Assembly (NCBI GenBank): GCA_963709345.1
Contig: CAVPVX010000002.1
Span: 192,001 to 256,000, forward strand
DNA: 64,000 bases
Source of the DNA: an uncultured Actinomycetes bacterium
GTDB lineage: Bacteria > Actinomycetota > Thermoleophilia > UBA2241
Reading direction: 5' to 3'
The position numbers were made by a program, and so were the translations under genes. Below, piece by piece: positions 1-9,930 of this stretch; position 1 is the first letter of the stretch; every line of letters starts with the position of its first letter. The notes under the pieces are model-generated. The model was not told the origin of the DNA, did not search any database, and saw only the letters and a list, made by a program, of their open reading frames with translations.

Positions 1-295
1 AGGCGCCGGCCATATTGGCGGCCTCGTCCTTGACGAAGATGCGGGCGCCCTTGCCGGGCGCGCTCATGGAGCGCACCACGTCGGTGAGGTTCTTGAGCTC
101 AAGCAGCGGCGTGTTGCCCACGCCGGCCTTGGTCTGGATGGCGACGATGTCCTGCAGGCTGTAGCCGTGCGCCTCCATCATGCCCTCGTAGTCGAAGGCG
201 ATGGGGCTCTGCTCGAACACGCTGTAGTCCATGCCGAGCGCCTTGCCCATGATCTCGCCGCGGCGCGCCATGATGGCGTCGAACCTGGTGGCCAT
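1..295 (-). CDS. ortB: 2-amino-4-ketopentanoate thiolase beta subunit (5' part; runs off window)
   Basis: Own translation MATRFDAIMARRGEIMGKALGMDYSVFEQSPIAFDYEGMM...GVGNTPLLEL...GKGARIFVKDEAAN resembles the OrtB N-terminus; TGATG overlap with ortA. Confidence 0.88.
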   Translation of the reverse strand, partial: MATRFDAIMARRGEIMGKALGMDYSVFEQSPIAFDYEGMMEAHGYSLQDIVAIQTKAGVGNTPLLELKNLTDVVRSMSAPGKGARIFVKDEAANMAGA

Positions 296-636
296 CAGCG
301 CTCACCGCCTTCAGACGCCTGGTACTCCACCAGCCGCGCGCGCAGGTCGATGCCCACACGAGCGAGCTCGGGGATCGGCTTGCCGAACGTATGGAAGTAG
401 CCCGGGTTGATGGCCGAGAGCGAGCCCTCGACCAGGCGCCCCGTCATGGTCTCGATGGTCATGGGATCGCCCAACGCGCCTGCGGCCTGGGCGAACCCCT
501 TGATCCACATGCGCAGCGGCTTCTCCGCCGTCTCCGGCGGGAGGTTCTTGGACCGGTCGGCCGGCTCGAGGAGCACGCGCTCCACCTCGACCCAGTCGCC
601 GGCCTCGCAGCAAGTGGCGTCTGTCAAAGCGGTCAC
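295..636 (-). CDS. ortA: 2-amino-4-ketopentanoate thiolase alpha subunit
   Basis: GDWVEV..LLEPADR..LP.ET..PLRMWIKGF...TGR...G.L..INPGY.HTFG pattern; lies between ord and ortB. Confidence 0.88.
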   Translation of the reverse strand: MTALTDATCCEAGDWVEVERVLLEPADRSKNLPPETAEKPLRMWIKGFAQAAGALGDPMTIETMTGRLVEGSLSAINPGYFHTFGKPIPELARVGIDLRARLVEYQASEGGER

Positions 637-641
637 CCCTC

Positions 642-1652
642 TCAGACGGTGGGAGCCCAGTAGCGCGGGATCGGCAGGTCGACGACGGTCTGCATGCCGG
701 CCGGCGCGCCGGGGAGCAGCGGGATGTAGTTGCCGGCGCTCGCATAGGTGCCCTTGCCCCCGGGTATCTCGGGAGTGTTGGCCATGTTCACGTTGGGGTC
801 GCCGACGAGCTTGATGTAGTCGCCGGTGCCCTGATCGGCCATCTGCGGGTGGATCTGCTGCGGGTGGATCAGGTGGATCTTGAGCTCGCCCTTGCTGTAG
901 CCCTTGCCGACCTGCTTGCAGCCGGCTACGTCACCGGCGGCCACGTGCACGCAGTCGGTGGAGCGCTCGACCTTGGTCACGATGGGCTCGCGCGTCTCGA
1001 CGATCTCGTCGATGTCCCAGCCCAGGGCCCTGGCTATGAGCATGATGCTCTCGGGGAAACCGATGTGACCGACGATCGTGCCGTCGGCGACGCCCTTCTC
1101 GAACTGCTCGACGGTGGTGCCCACGCCCTGGCCGGTCATGACCGTGGGGCCGAAGGGCGAGAGGTCGTTGACGCGCGACGCCTCGATGGAGTCGACACGC
1201 AGGCAGATGCTGCTCCACATGACGATGAGCGCGTCGAGGACGAAGCCGGGGTTGATGCCGGTGCCCAGGATGGTGACGTCGTTCTCCTTGGCGAGCTTGT
1301 CGAACATCTCGGCGCGCTCGGGGTCGCTGGCCCACGGGTAGGCGAGCTTCTCGGCGATGCAGACCACATTGCAGCCGGCCTTCACCGCGGGCACGATCTG
1401 CGGCTCGATCTCGTCCATGTTGCTCTGCGTGTTGATGCAGACCACGTCGGGCTTCTGCGCAAGGACCGCCTCGAAATCGGTGGTCATCTTGACGTCGCAC
1501 GGGCGACCGAGAAGCTCGCCGACCGTCTTGCCCTCTTTGGCGGGATTGGTGACGATGACGCCGCAGAGGTCGATGTCCTTCGGGCGGTCGAGGATGTACC
1601 CCAGGAGACCCTGGCCCATCATGCCCGTGCCCCACTCAGCTACTCTGATCAT
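642..1652 (-). CDS. ord: 2,4-diaminopentanoate dehydrogenase
   Basis: Rossmann WGTGMMG, GTGINPGFVLD, RVNDLSPFG, GHIGFPES, PEIPGG motifs; AAGGAG RBS; ortA/ortB context. Confidence 0.9.
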   Translation of the reverse strand: MIRVAEWGTGMMGQGLLGYILDRPKDIDLCGVIVTNPAKEGKTVGELLGRPCDVKMTTDFEAVLAQKPDVVCINTQSNMDEIEPQIVPAVKAGCNVVCIAEKLAYPWASDPERAEMFDKLAKENDVTILGTGINPGFVLDALIVMWSSICLRVDSIEASRVNDLSPFGPTVMTGQGVGTTVEQFEKGVADGTIVGHIGFPESIMLIARALGWDIDEIVETREPIVTKVERSTDCVHVAAGDVAGCKQVGKGYSKGELKIHLIHPQQIHPQMADQGTGDYIKLVGDPNVNMANTPEIPGGKGTYASAGNYIPLLPGAPAGMQTVVDLPIPRYWAPTV

Positions 1653-1836
1653 GTATCGCTCCTTGTTTCGCGGCTGCAGTCATGCAGATGATCCATGCAA
1701 GGAGAGACGGAGCTCTCCTGTCCAGCAAACAGTGATGATGGCCGGAGCGCCGAGGTGGGCGCTGTGATGCAGGCAGCATCGCGGCCGGCGGCGGGTGAGG
1801 GCGACGGCGCCGGCCGCAAGGCGGGCGACCGCGCGA

Positions 1837-1905
1837 TCAGGAGTGGGGAGCTGGAGGAGGCTGGTCGACCGTGTCGTGCGAGAGGATGGAAAGCTCTTTG
1901 CCCAT
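1837..1905 (-). CDS. putative 22-aa leader peptide (uORF) MGKELSILSHDTVDQPPPAPHS
   Basis: AAGGAG 5 nt before ATG at 1905, TGA at 1837-1839, located between a predicted promoter and ord. Confidence 0.45.
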   Translation of the reverse strand: MGKELSILSHDTVDQPPPAPHS

Positions 1906-1960
1906 CGTCGCTCCTTGGTCGAGAGTGGCGCCGGTCGGCAAGCGCCGAGCGGCGTCCCGC

Positions 1961-1989
1961 ATGCTATGCGGGCGTCACGGGGCAGTCAA
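1961..1989 (-). promoter_or_regulatory. sigma70-type promoter for the ord-ortAB operon
   Basis: TTGACT-17 nt-TAGCAT on the minus strand; inverted repeat CGTCACGG-N9-CCGTGACG (1973-1997) straddles the -35. Confidence 0.55.
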
Positions 1990-2175
1990 CCGTGACGATT
2001 TAGTGACTATCGTGACGACCACTGTATATAGTGTGCGAACAGGCTGGCCGTGAGGCGACAGATGCCTCGCTGCCGATGCCCAAAGGGCCGACCATCCCGG
2101 GAGCGCCCCACGCACACTGCACCAGGGCATCCAGAATCGGGGGACGGGGCAACACGACGCGTGAAGGGGGACCAA

Positions 2176-3210
2176 ATGGCATGCAACTCACCTACCCACG
2201 GGGCGCAGAACAAGCGGAGGGGACATCGGCTCGTGCCGCCGGCCGTTCTCCTGATCCTGAGTGCGGTAGCGCTCCTTGCTGCCCTCGTCCTCGGCGCGTG
2301 CGGCAGCACGACCGAAGAAGGCGACACCGGCGGCGGAGCGACGGCCACGGAGCAGACGTTCGAAATCGGGGCGCCCGACACAGAGAAGGCCAGCATCACG
2401 ATCAAGCTAGACCCCGCGCTCCAGGACATGTTGCCCGACAGCGTGAAGTCAGCCGGCAAGATGAAGGCCGCCACCAACGCACCGTACCCGCCGTGGGAGT
2501 ACTACGAGTCGCCCGGTAGCCCCGTGTTCGTCGGTATCGAACCCGACCTCGCCAAGGCGCTTGGCGCCAAGCTCGGCATCGAGATCGTCCTTCAGCAGAC
2601 CCCGTTCGACAGCATCATTCCCTCGATGCTGTCCGGCAAGGCCGACCTTGGCATATCGACTTTCTACGACACTCCTGATCGCCAGAAGGTCGTGGACATC
2701 GTCGACTACGCCAAGGACGGCTCGGGCATCCTGGTCTTGAAGGGCAATCCGGACGGGATCGTCGGACTGGACAGCCTCGCCGGCAAGGTCGTGTCGGTGC
2801 AGAAGGGGACGACTCAGTACGATTTCCTCGTCAACACCAACAAGGAGTTTGCCGCTGCCGGCAAGGCGGAGATAAAGATCCTCGCGCTGCCCTCCGACAC
2901 CGACGCACAGCTCGCGGTCAAGAGCGGCAAGGCCGAGGCGCAAATGACCGACGGACCGGGTGGCGCCTATGTCGCGAAGACCAGCGGCGGCGGCGACGTC
3001 TTCGAGGCGATCGTCGACCCGGCCTTCCCCGGAGGCTACGACCCAGCGACCATCGCCATCCTGATCACGAAGGGCATTCCCAATCTCCCCGAGGCGTTCC
3101 AGCAGGCGTTTCAGCAACTCGTCGACGAGGGCGTGATGAAGCAGATCCTCGATCTCTACGGCGCAGGCGAAAGCATGCTCGACCCCATCACCATCAACCT
3201 GGGTTCGTGA
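2176..3210 (+). CDS. polar amino-acid ABC transporter substrate-binding lipoprotein
   Basis: Lipobox LGAC, SBP family 3 motifs (YPPWEY, FDSIIPSMLSGKAD, VQKGTTQ). Confidence 0.9.
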   Translation: MACNSPTHGAQNKRRGHRLVPPAVLLILSAVALLAALVLGACGSTTEEGDTGGGATATEQTFEIGAPDTEKASITIKLDPALQDMLPDSVKSAGKMKAATNAPYPPWEYYESPGSPVFVGIEPDLAKALGAKLGIEIVLQQTPFDSIIPSMLSGKADLGISTFYDTPDRQKVVDIVDYAKDGSGILVLKGNPDGIVGLDSLAGKVVSVQKGTTQYDFLVNTNKEFAAAGKAEIKILALPSDTDAQLAVKSGKAEAQMTDGPGGAYVAKTSGGGDVFEAIVDPAFPGGYDPATIAILITKGIPNLPEAFQQAFQQLVDEGVMKQILDLYGAGESMLDPITINLGS

Positions 3211-3214
3211 TCCC

Positions 3215-4189
3215 ATGGCAACGACCGCCGATTCCGGCAAGTCCCCGGTAGCACCGCGCGGCCAACGTCCGCCGGACATTAAGGCGATCCCGGTCCGTCA
3301 CTACGGCACCTGGGCGTTCGCGGCGGTCGTCATCTTCCTCGCTGCCGCGGTAGTCGTCTCGCTGGCCAAGAACCCCAACATGGAGTGGAAGGTCGTCGGG
3401 GAGTACCTGTTCAAGCCCCTGACTCTGCGCGGCGTGGTGGTGACCATCGAGTTGACGATCATCGCGATGGTCATCGGCGGCGTCGGCGGCGTCATACTCG
3501 CCGTCATGAGGTTGTCGAAGAACCCGGTCCTCGGCACCATCGCTTCGTTCTACATCTGGTTCTTCCGTGGCACCCCGGTGCTGGTGCAGATCCTCATCTG
3601 GGGCTTCCTTGGAGCTCTCTATCCGACCATCTTCATGGGCATCCCCTTCGTGGGCATCGTCTTCGGCAGTTGGGAGACGTCCGCCGTGATCGGCGCCTTC
3701 ACCGCCGCCATCCTCGGCCTCGGCCTCAACGAGGCCGCCTACGATGCGGAGCTCGTCCGGGCCGGCATCATATCGGTCAGTCCGGGGCAGTCCGAGGCAG
3801 CCTTCTCGCTCGGGATGCCGTGGGGCATGACCATGACTCGAGTCGTGCTTCCGCAGGCGATGCGCATCATCATCCCGCCCTTCGGCAACAACACCATCTC
3901 GATGCTCAAGACCACGTCGCTGGTCTCGGTGATCGGCGGCAACGAGCTCCTCACGAGGTTGCAGACGGTCTGGGGGCAGACGTTCCAGATCATCCCCCTG
4001 CTCATCGTGGCCTGCATCTGGTACCTCGCCCTCACCACGGTCTTCAGCATCGGGCAGTACTACCTCGAGAAGCACTACGGAAAGGGCCACTCCCGCAAGT
4101 CGGCGGCGCCCAAGAAGCAGAAGGAGCCCGTTGGCCTAGCAACCAAGCTCGAGAACGGGGCGGCGGCAATCCCGGAGGAGCACCGATGA
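3215..4189 (+). CDS. polar amino-acid ABC transporter permease
   Basis: [35 protein letters not shown] motifs. Confidence 0.92.
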   Translation: MATTADSGKSPVAPRGQRPPDIKAIPVRHYGTWAFAAVVIFLAAAVVVSLAKNPNMEWKVVGEYLFKPLTLRGVVVTIELTIIAMVIGGVGGVILAVMRLSKNPVLGTIASFYIWFFRGTPVLVQILIWGFLGALYPTIFMGIPFVGIVFGSWETSAVIGAFTAAILGLGLNEAAYDAELVRAGIISVSPGQSEAAFSLGMPWGMTMTRVVLPQAMRIIIPPFGNNTISMLKTTSLVSVIGGNELLTRLQTVWGQTFQIIPLLIVACIWYLALTTVFSIGQYYLEKHYGKGHSRKSAAPKKQKEPVGLATKLENGAAAIPEEHR

Positions 4190-4950
4190 GTGAACCCATG
4201 GTTCTCGCCGAGAACGTCTGGAAGTCGTTCGGCAGCAACGTCGTCCTGAAGGGCGTTGACATGCGCGTCGAGAAGGGTCAGGTCGTCGTACTCCTGGGGC
4301 CCAGCGGCGGCGGCAAGTCCACGATCCTTCGCTGCATCAACCACCTCGAGAAGATCCAGGGCGGACGCCTTTCCGTCGAAGGCACGCTTGTCGGCTACAA
4401 CGAGCGGAACGGCAAGCTGTACGAGATGACGACCAAGAAGGTCGCGAAGCAACGCGCAACCATCGGCATGGTGTTCCAGGCGTTCAACCTCTTCCCGCAC
4501 ATGACGACGCTCGAGAACGTCACCGTGGCGCCGATCCGTGTGCAGAAGAAGTCACGCGAAGAGGCGCGCGAGCTGGGGCAGAAGATGCTGGACCGTGTCG
4601 GTCTTGCTAATCGAGCCGACTACTACCCCAGTCAGCTCTCGGGCGGACAGCAACAGCGCGTCGCGATCGCTCGTGCTCTGTGCATGAAGCCGAAGCTGAT
4701 GCTCTTCGACGAGCCGACGTCGGCACTCGACCCGGAACTCGTCGGTGAGGTCCTCGACGTGATGAAGGAACTTGCGGAGAGTGGCATGACGATGGTCGTC
4801 GTCACGCACGAGATCGGGTTCGCGCGCGAGGTCGCCGACCTCGTCGCGGTCCTGGACGGCGGGGTGGTCATCGAGTTCGGACCACCATCGCAGGTCTTCG
4901 ACAACCCGCACGACCCCCGCACCGCCGAGTTCCTGTCTGCAGTCCTCTAG
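4186..4950 (+). CDS. polar amino-acid ABC transporter ATP-binding protein
   Basis: Walker [30 protein letters not shown]; ATGA overlap with permease. Confidence 0.93.
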   Translation: MSEPMVLAENVWKSFGSNVVLKGVDMRVEKGQVVVLLGPSGGGKSTILRCINHLEKIQGGRLSVEGTLVGYNERNGKLYEMTTKKVAKQRATIGMVFQAFNLFPHMTTLENVTVAPIRVQKKSREEARELGQKMLDRVGLANRADYYPSQLSGGQQQRVAIARALCMKPKLMLFDEPTSALDPELVGEVLDVMKELAESGMTMVVVTHEIGFAREVADLVAVLDGGVVIEFGPPSQVFDNPHDPRTAEFLSAVL

Positions 4951-4972
4951 CAGGCGGCGGAGAAGGCCACAA

Positions 4973-5016
4973 GAAAAGGCCGCCGGCGTGTCTGTCGACA
5001 CGCCGGCGGCCTTTTC
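4973..5016. terminator. bidirectional intrinsic terminator
   Basis: Perfect hairpin GAAAAGGCCGCCGGCGTGTC-tgtc-GACACGCCGGCGGCCTTTTC between convergent genes. Confidence 0.85.
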
Positions 5017-5065
5017 GCTGCTCTTCTGCTTCAGCCGCGACAGTGCGGGAGGAACAGTTGCTATC

Positions 5066-5188
5066 CTAGCGGCGAGGACGCGTGACGCGCTGCCGCTCAA
5101 GTTCTCCTGACACCTCTGAGACACCCAGCACGACGCTCGAGACTCCTGAGAACACCGTGCCGATGGCGGTAATGGTCCTATCGAACAT
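5066..5188 (-). CDS. unannotated 40-aa small protein MFDRTITAIGTVFSGVSSVVLGVSEVSGELERQRVTRPRR
   Basis: AAGGAGG RBS, near-consensus promoter upstream, terminator downstream. Confidence 0.55.
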   Translation of the reverse strand: MFDRTITAIGTVFSGVSSVVLGVSEVSGELERQRVTRPRR

Positions 5189-5238
5189 GACGTCCCTCCT
5201 TCGATTGAAAAACAAACCGTTTGTGTCTTCCGTCACAA

Positions 5239-5267
5239 AATATATACCCAGTGACGCCTCTTGTCAA
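5239..5267 (-). promoter_or_regulatory. near-consensus sigma70 promoter
   Basis: TTGACA-17 nt-TATATT in an AT-rich island; CGTCAC-N14-GTGACG inverted repeat (5231-5256) flanks the -10. Confidence 0.7.
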
Positions 5268-5299
5268 CCAGTCCCGGCTCCTGCGTGAGCACCGGGGCT

Positions 5300-5785
5300 C
5301 ACGCGAGACGCGCTGGGCGACCACCTGCGTCCCGGCGGTGCCGGCGACGATCTCCCGGATGTCCTTCAAGGCCTGATCGCCGCCTGCTTGCCCGTGTCTA
5401 GGACGAAGTGGCTGGCCGCATCGACCTTGGAGCCCATCGAGACAGCGGGGAGTGCGCGCTGTGCCAGCTCCGCCGGAGTCGCACGGTCGATCAGTCGCTG
5501 GCTTGGCGTACCCCAGTCCAGGTACACGCCATCGGTGTCGGTCGCCATCACGTGGACGCCGGCGACCAGGTCGCGCACCAGAAGCTCGCTGGCTCAATCC
5601 TTGTCGATGACCGCCTCGACGCCTTGAAGGGCATCCCGGCCGCCGGCGGCGACGGCGGCCGGGATGCCGGCCCCACCGGCGCACACCACCACAGTGTTCT
5701 TCTCGACCAGTCTCTTCACCAGTTGGATCTCGAAGATGCGCTTCGGCGCCGGCGAGGCGACCACTCGGCGTCACCTGTCGCCCCT
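5300..5785 (-). pseudogene. arcC: carbamate kinase C-terminal remnant
   Basis: [50 protein letters not shown] motifs, with TGA at 5771 and 5594, frameshifts and missing N-terminus. Confidence 0.8.
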
Positions 5786-5789
5786 CGTG

Positions 5790-6439
5790 GACCGCGACGG
5801 CCAGCACGGCGACGCGTACCGGCTTCATCCGCGCAGCATGGTTCGGAAAGCATTCGAGATGCTCGCGAATGAAACGGACGCGGCCTGCACGGCTGCCTGC
5901 CGCTCCCGATCGTCGCGAGACGGATAGCTGAACCTTCAGCGCCGCACCTGCCCGGAAATGGCGTCCCTGTCGGGGGCGACGCCCGTGGCTGCGCGGATCC
6001 TGCAATCGTAGGTGCGGCAGGCCAGCGGCCGGTCCTCGTAGACGGTACAGCGGGCCTCGACCAGAATGGGGCTACGCCCAGCCTGGTCGTACCCGAGCAC
6101 GAGCGTACTGGGCGGCAGACCCGGAGCCGGGAACAGGAGCTCGCGGGGCAGCCGGGTCCGGGTCCGCTTCTCCTCAGGCGGCACGTGGATGGAATGTGAG
6201 GCACGGCAGCACGCGTTGCACTCCCCGCAGGGCATGTCCGCCGACTCCCCTTCTGCAAGTGCGGCATGTGCGGAACGCAGCCAGGCGGAGAAGTCGCCGG
6301 CGGGCAGCGTCCCTCTGCCACGGTTCTCAGTCACGGCGAAGACGATGCAGTCTGGACCGGCTGTCCGTCGAGTTGAGCCGGCTTGGGCCGCCTTGAGCCC
6401 GACGACATCCAGGTCTTTCAACTGCAGCATCGTCGGCAT
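5790..6439 (-). pseudogene. YkgJ-family CxxCxxCC cysteine-cluster protein, prematurely stopped
   Basis: CGECNACC and C.VYEDRP.ACR.YDC motifs; coding-like sequence (RFSYPSRDD...) continues past the TGA at 5936. Confidence 0.6.
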
Positions 6440-6465
6440 CGTGCGTCCCGCCTTCTCGGAGCCGC

Positions 6466-9400
6466 TCAGCCGGGTGCGAGCTCATCCGGACAGACGGCGC
6501 GACCGGCGTCGACCACCCTGCCGATCTCTCGGCAGGCGAGCGCCCGCAGCTCGGCGTCGACAGGGATGTGGACAGCGAAGCCGCCGCCAGCCGCGGCGAT
6601 GAAGATGACCTCGCGCACGACGCCGCCGGTGGCGGCCTCGACCGCGACCGCATAGGCGGCTCCCTGCGGACGATACCGATCGAGCAGCGCCTCCGGGTCG
6701 GCGGCGCGGTCGGTCTTGTAATCGACGACGACCCATTCCTCGCCGTCGCGGTACAGCAGGTCGACCGCACCACTCACGATCACGTCATCGACGAGCACGC
6801 CGACCGAGAGCTCGCGGTGCACGCCGTCAAGATCGTCGGCGGCCGCGGCGGCGCGGCGAACCGGGTCGGCTCGCCAGCAAACGCGCGCCAGTTCCGCGGC
6901 GCGCTCGGCCAGATCCGGGTGTTCAAGCTCCTGCGCGACCCCCGGAGCATGGCGAGCGATGGACGACTCGTCGTCGAGATCGCAGAGTTCCATGAGGCGG
7001 TGCACGGCCGAGCCCAGGGCCAGCGCCCTGGCTCGGCCGGGCGGCGCCCCGGGGCCACCGCCGCGAACCGTCTCATCCACGTGCTCGAGGCCGCTCGGGC
7101 TGGTGGCGGACACGGGCGTGCGAGCCTCGGCGAGCAGCGCCTCCCGCGCCTCCAGCCAAGCGCCGCGGGCCGCGACCAGGGTCGCGGCGTCTGGCGCCTC
7201 GTCACTGTCCGGGCGCGCAGGCGGATCCCTTGGCGGCAGCACCAGCACACCGCCGTCCTCGTACTCCTCGGCAATTTCGGTGGGCAAGGGGAGAAGGTCG
7301 GCGACCGGCCCGAGCATGACGCCTTTGGCCGTGCCGTCCTTGTTCGTCAGCGTGCCGAACAGGCTCACCACCAGCCGGTCGCGCGCCCGAGTGGCGGCCA
7401 CGTACAGCAGCCGCCGCGTCTCGCTTGCCGCCATGAGCTTCTCGCGCTCCTTGAGTGCCAGATACGCCCGCGGTTCGAGGTCGCGATCCGCGGCCCCGGG
7501 CAGCGCAGCCTTGAGCTTGATCGCCATGCGACGCTCGACACGGTCGACGATGTGCTCGCCCCCTCCCCCGCCGCCAGCAAGCGCCCCACCCACCAGCACG
7601 ACGATCGGGTACTCCAGGCCTTTGGCCTTGTGGATGGTGAGCAGGTGGATCACGTCGCCCTCATCGTCGACCCGTGACTCCTGCTCGTCGGCCGCATCGC
7701 CGGCCTCGGCGGCCCACGTGAGAAACGCGCCGAGACCGCCGCCGCCGGCGCGGGTGAACGCCCGCGCGCGATCCACCAGCTTCTCCAGATTGGCGATCGC
7801 CTGAGCGGCTCCAGCCCCGGTCGCAGCGAGGCACTCCGACGCGCGCGCCAGACGCACCAGCTCCGCGGCCATCTCGTGCGGCTCAGCCTCGACCCGACGC
7901 ACATGCAGCGCGCGCAGCATCGTCAAAGCATCGATGATTCCCGCGTGCTCTTCCGGCTGCGCGGCCGCGAAGAGGTCGAACCGGCCGCCTGCCGCCCAGA
8001 ACAGGAAGAGGTCGTCGTCGCTGAATCCGAAGAACGTCGAGTGCAGGGCGCCGTACAGCGCCGGGCCGTCACTCGGGTCGTCGATGGCCCGCAGGCAGAG
8101 AAGAGCATCATCCACTTCGCGCCGGGCGAAGTAGGCCTTGCCGCCGTCGACGCGATACGGCACGCCGGCCGCGCGCAGCGCCTGTTCGTACGTCTCGAGG
8201 CCGGTGGTCGCGCGAAACAGCAGTGCGACGTCGCCCCAACGCGGCGGGCGCCGGATCTCGGGGCCTCCCGCCGCGTCACGGTCCTGGACCGTCCAGCGCT
8301 CCGCGTCCGGCCCGTGCATAGCAAGGAGCAGCGCCGCGACGGCGGCGGCCTCATCGCGGCGTGCGGCATCCGCCGCCCCGGCCGCACTCCCGTACGGCTG
8401 CCCGAGCACTACCGACACCATGGGGCCATCCGTGAGGGGCCGGTGCGGCTCCACCCACTGGTACCCCGGCTGGCGGCCCTCCTCCTCGTCGGCGTCGAAC
8501 ACGGTGGCGAACACGTTGTTGACCCACCCGACCACAGCAGGCGTCGTACGGAAGTTCTGGCTGATGGCGGTGACGACTCCCGTTCCGCCAGGCTGACCAC
8601 CCACGTGGCGCTTGACCTCGTCGTAGAGCGCGATGTCGGCGCGCCGGAAGCGGTAGATGGACTGTTTTGGATCGCCGACCACGAACAGCTTGCCGGGCTC
8701 GAGCACCACCTCACGCCAGCCGGAGGCGAGTGGCTCGCGCTCGCACAGGAAGAAGACGATCTCGGCCTGCAGAGGGTCGGTGTCCTGGAACTCGTCCACA
8801 AGCAGATAGCGGAACCGGCCCTGCAGGGCGCCGCGCGCAGCACGATTGCCCACCAGCAGATCGCGAAGGCACCCCAGGAGGTCGGTGAAGTCGAGACGAC
8901 CAAGCGCGAGCTGCGTGCGGCCGGCCCAGCGCGAGAACGCATCCGCGACAGCGACCGCCAGGCCGGTGAGGAACTCGGCGTAGAGGTCGACCAGGTCGAT
9001 GACGACGCCGACCGCGGCCTGATACCGCGCCTGAAGCTCTTCCTTGCCGCCCCTGCCCGGATCCCAGTTGCCTTTGGCGCCCCCGGGCGCCGACTTGGTC
9101 GTCTTCGCCGGCAGGTCGAGCAGCGCCGCCGCCAGCAGATCGAGATCGACCGGCGAACCCGCAGGCAGCCGCTCGCCGGCTTCGACCAGCTCCATGGCAG
9201 CGCCGAATCCTCTGTCGCTCTGGTCGCCGCATGCCGAGATGCAGTACTCGCGCAGTTGCGCGAGCTGTGCGGCGAGATTCGACAGACCGGAGGTCAGATC
9301 AGGCTCGCCCGGCGGATCCGGCACGGGGTCGATGTCGTAGCGCTCGCCGAACACGCCCCTCGGGCCCACGGCGAGTTCCCGCACCAGGCCCAACCCGACG

Positions 9401-9930
9401 CCTGCGCGCAGCAGTCGCGAGAGCCACCCCCGCACCTGCGACTCGGGAGCGTCGCCGGCGGCCAGCCCGGTCAGCCACTCCTCCCACAGACGAGCGCGCT
9501 CGATCTCCGAACCAAGTCCGTCGAGCTGCTCGAAGGCGGGGTCGATGCCGGCTTCCACCGGGAACTCGCGCAGCAGCCGCCCGGCAAAGCCGTGGATGGT
9601 GTGGATCGGCGCGTCGTCCAGAGCGCCGAGCGCCTCCGCGATAGCCAAGGCCTCCGGCGAACCATCTGCCGCACGCACGGCTCGCGACTCGAACTCCTCG
9701 CGAATGCGCTGGCGCAGCTCTCCCGCGGCCTTCTCGGTGAACGTGATCGCGGCCACCGTGCGGACGTCGCCGGTGCCTCGCTCCTGATCGAGAACGCAGC
9801 GCACGTAGCGGTCGACCAGCACCCGGGTCTTGCCGGTGCCGGCGCCGGCCTCGAGAAGGAACGTCGTCGCCAGATCGCCCGTGACGCGATCGCGTACGTC
9901 CTGATCGCAGACGATGCGTTCAGGAGCCAT
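6466..9930 (-). CDS. addA: AddA-type UvrD helicase / PD-(D/E)XK nuclease
   Basis: AGAGTGKT, AITFTEKAA, VDEFQDT, VGDPKQSIYRFR, TIHKAKGLE, YVAATRA, C-terminal GAVDL..VVDYKT; likely start MAPERIV at 9930. Confidence 0.88.
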   Translation of the reverse strand: MAPERIVCDQDVRDRVTGDLATTFLLEAGAGTGKTRVLVDRYVRCVLDQERGTGDVRTVAAITFTEKAAGELRQRIREEFESRAVRAADGSPEALAIAEALGALDDAPIHTIHGFAGRLLREFPVEAGIDPAFEQLDGLGSEIERARLWEEWLTGLAAGDAPESQVRGWLSRLLRAGVGLGLVRELAVGPRGVFGERYDIDPVPDPPGEPDLTSGLSNLAAQLAQLREYCISACGDQSDRGFGAAMELVEAGERLPAGSPVDLDLLAAALLDLPAKTTKSAPGGAKGNWDPGRGGKEELQARYQAAVGVVIDLVDLYAEFLTGLAVAVADAFSRWAGRTQLALGRLDFTDLLGCLRDLLVGNRAARGALQGRFRYLLVDEFQDTDPLQAEIVFFLCEREPLASGWREVVLEPGKLFVVGDPKQSIYRFRRADIALYDEVKRHVGGQPGGTGVVTAISQNFRTTPAVVGWVNNVFATVFDADEEEGRQPGYQWVEPHRPLTDGPMVSVVLGQPYGSAAGAADAARRDEAAAVAALLLAMHGPDAERWTVQDRDAAGGPEIRRPPRWGDVALLFRATTGLETYEQALRAAGVPYRVDGGKAYFARREVDDALLCLRAIDDPSDGPALYGALHSTFFGFSDDDLFLFWAAGGRFDLFAAAQPEEHAGIIDALTMLRALHVRRVEAEPHEMAAELVRLARASECLAATGAGAAQAIANLEKLVDRARAFTRAGGGGLGAFLTWAAEAGDAADEQESRVDDEGDVIHLLTIHKAKGLEYPIVVLVGGALAGGGGGGEHIVDRVERRMAIKLKAALPGAADRDLEPRAYLALKEREKLMAASETRRLLYVAATRARDRLVVSLFGTLTNKDGTAKGVMLGPVADLLPLPTEIAEEYEDGGVLVLPPRDPPARPDSDEAPDAATLVAARGAWLEAREALLAEARTPVSATSPSGLEHVDETVRGGGPGAPPGRARALALGSAVHRLMELCDLDDESSIARHAPGVAQELEHPDLAERAAELARVCWRADPVRRAAAAADDLDGVHRELSVGVLVDDVIVSGAVDLLYRDGEEWVVVDYKTDRAADPEALLDRYRPQGAAYAVAVEAATGGVVREVIFIAAAGGGFAVHIPVDAELRALACREIGRVVDAGRAVCPDELAPG

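Noticed and set aside
5594-5938. Three in-frame TGA codons (5594, 5771, 5936), at least two at plausible Trp positions, suggesting UGA=Trp recoding or selenocysteine
   Set aside because: The same segment has frameshifts and a deletion junction, TGG is used for Trp nearby, and TGA is the normal stop of many intact genes here; simple pseudogene decay explains it.
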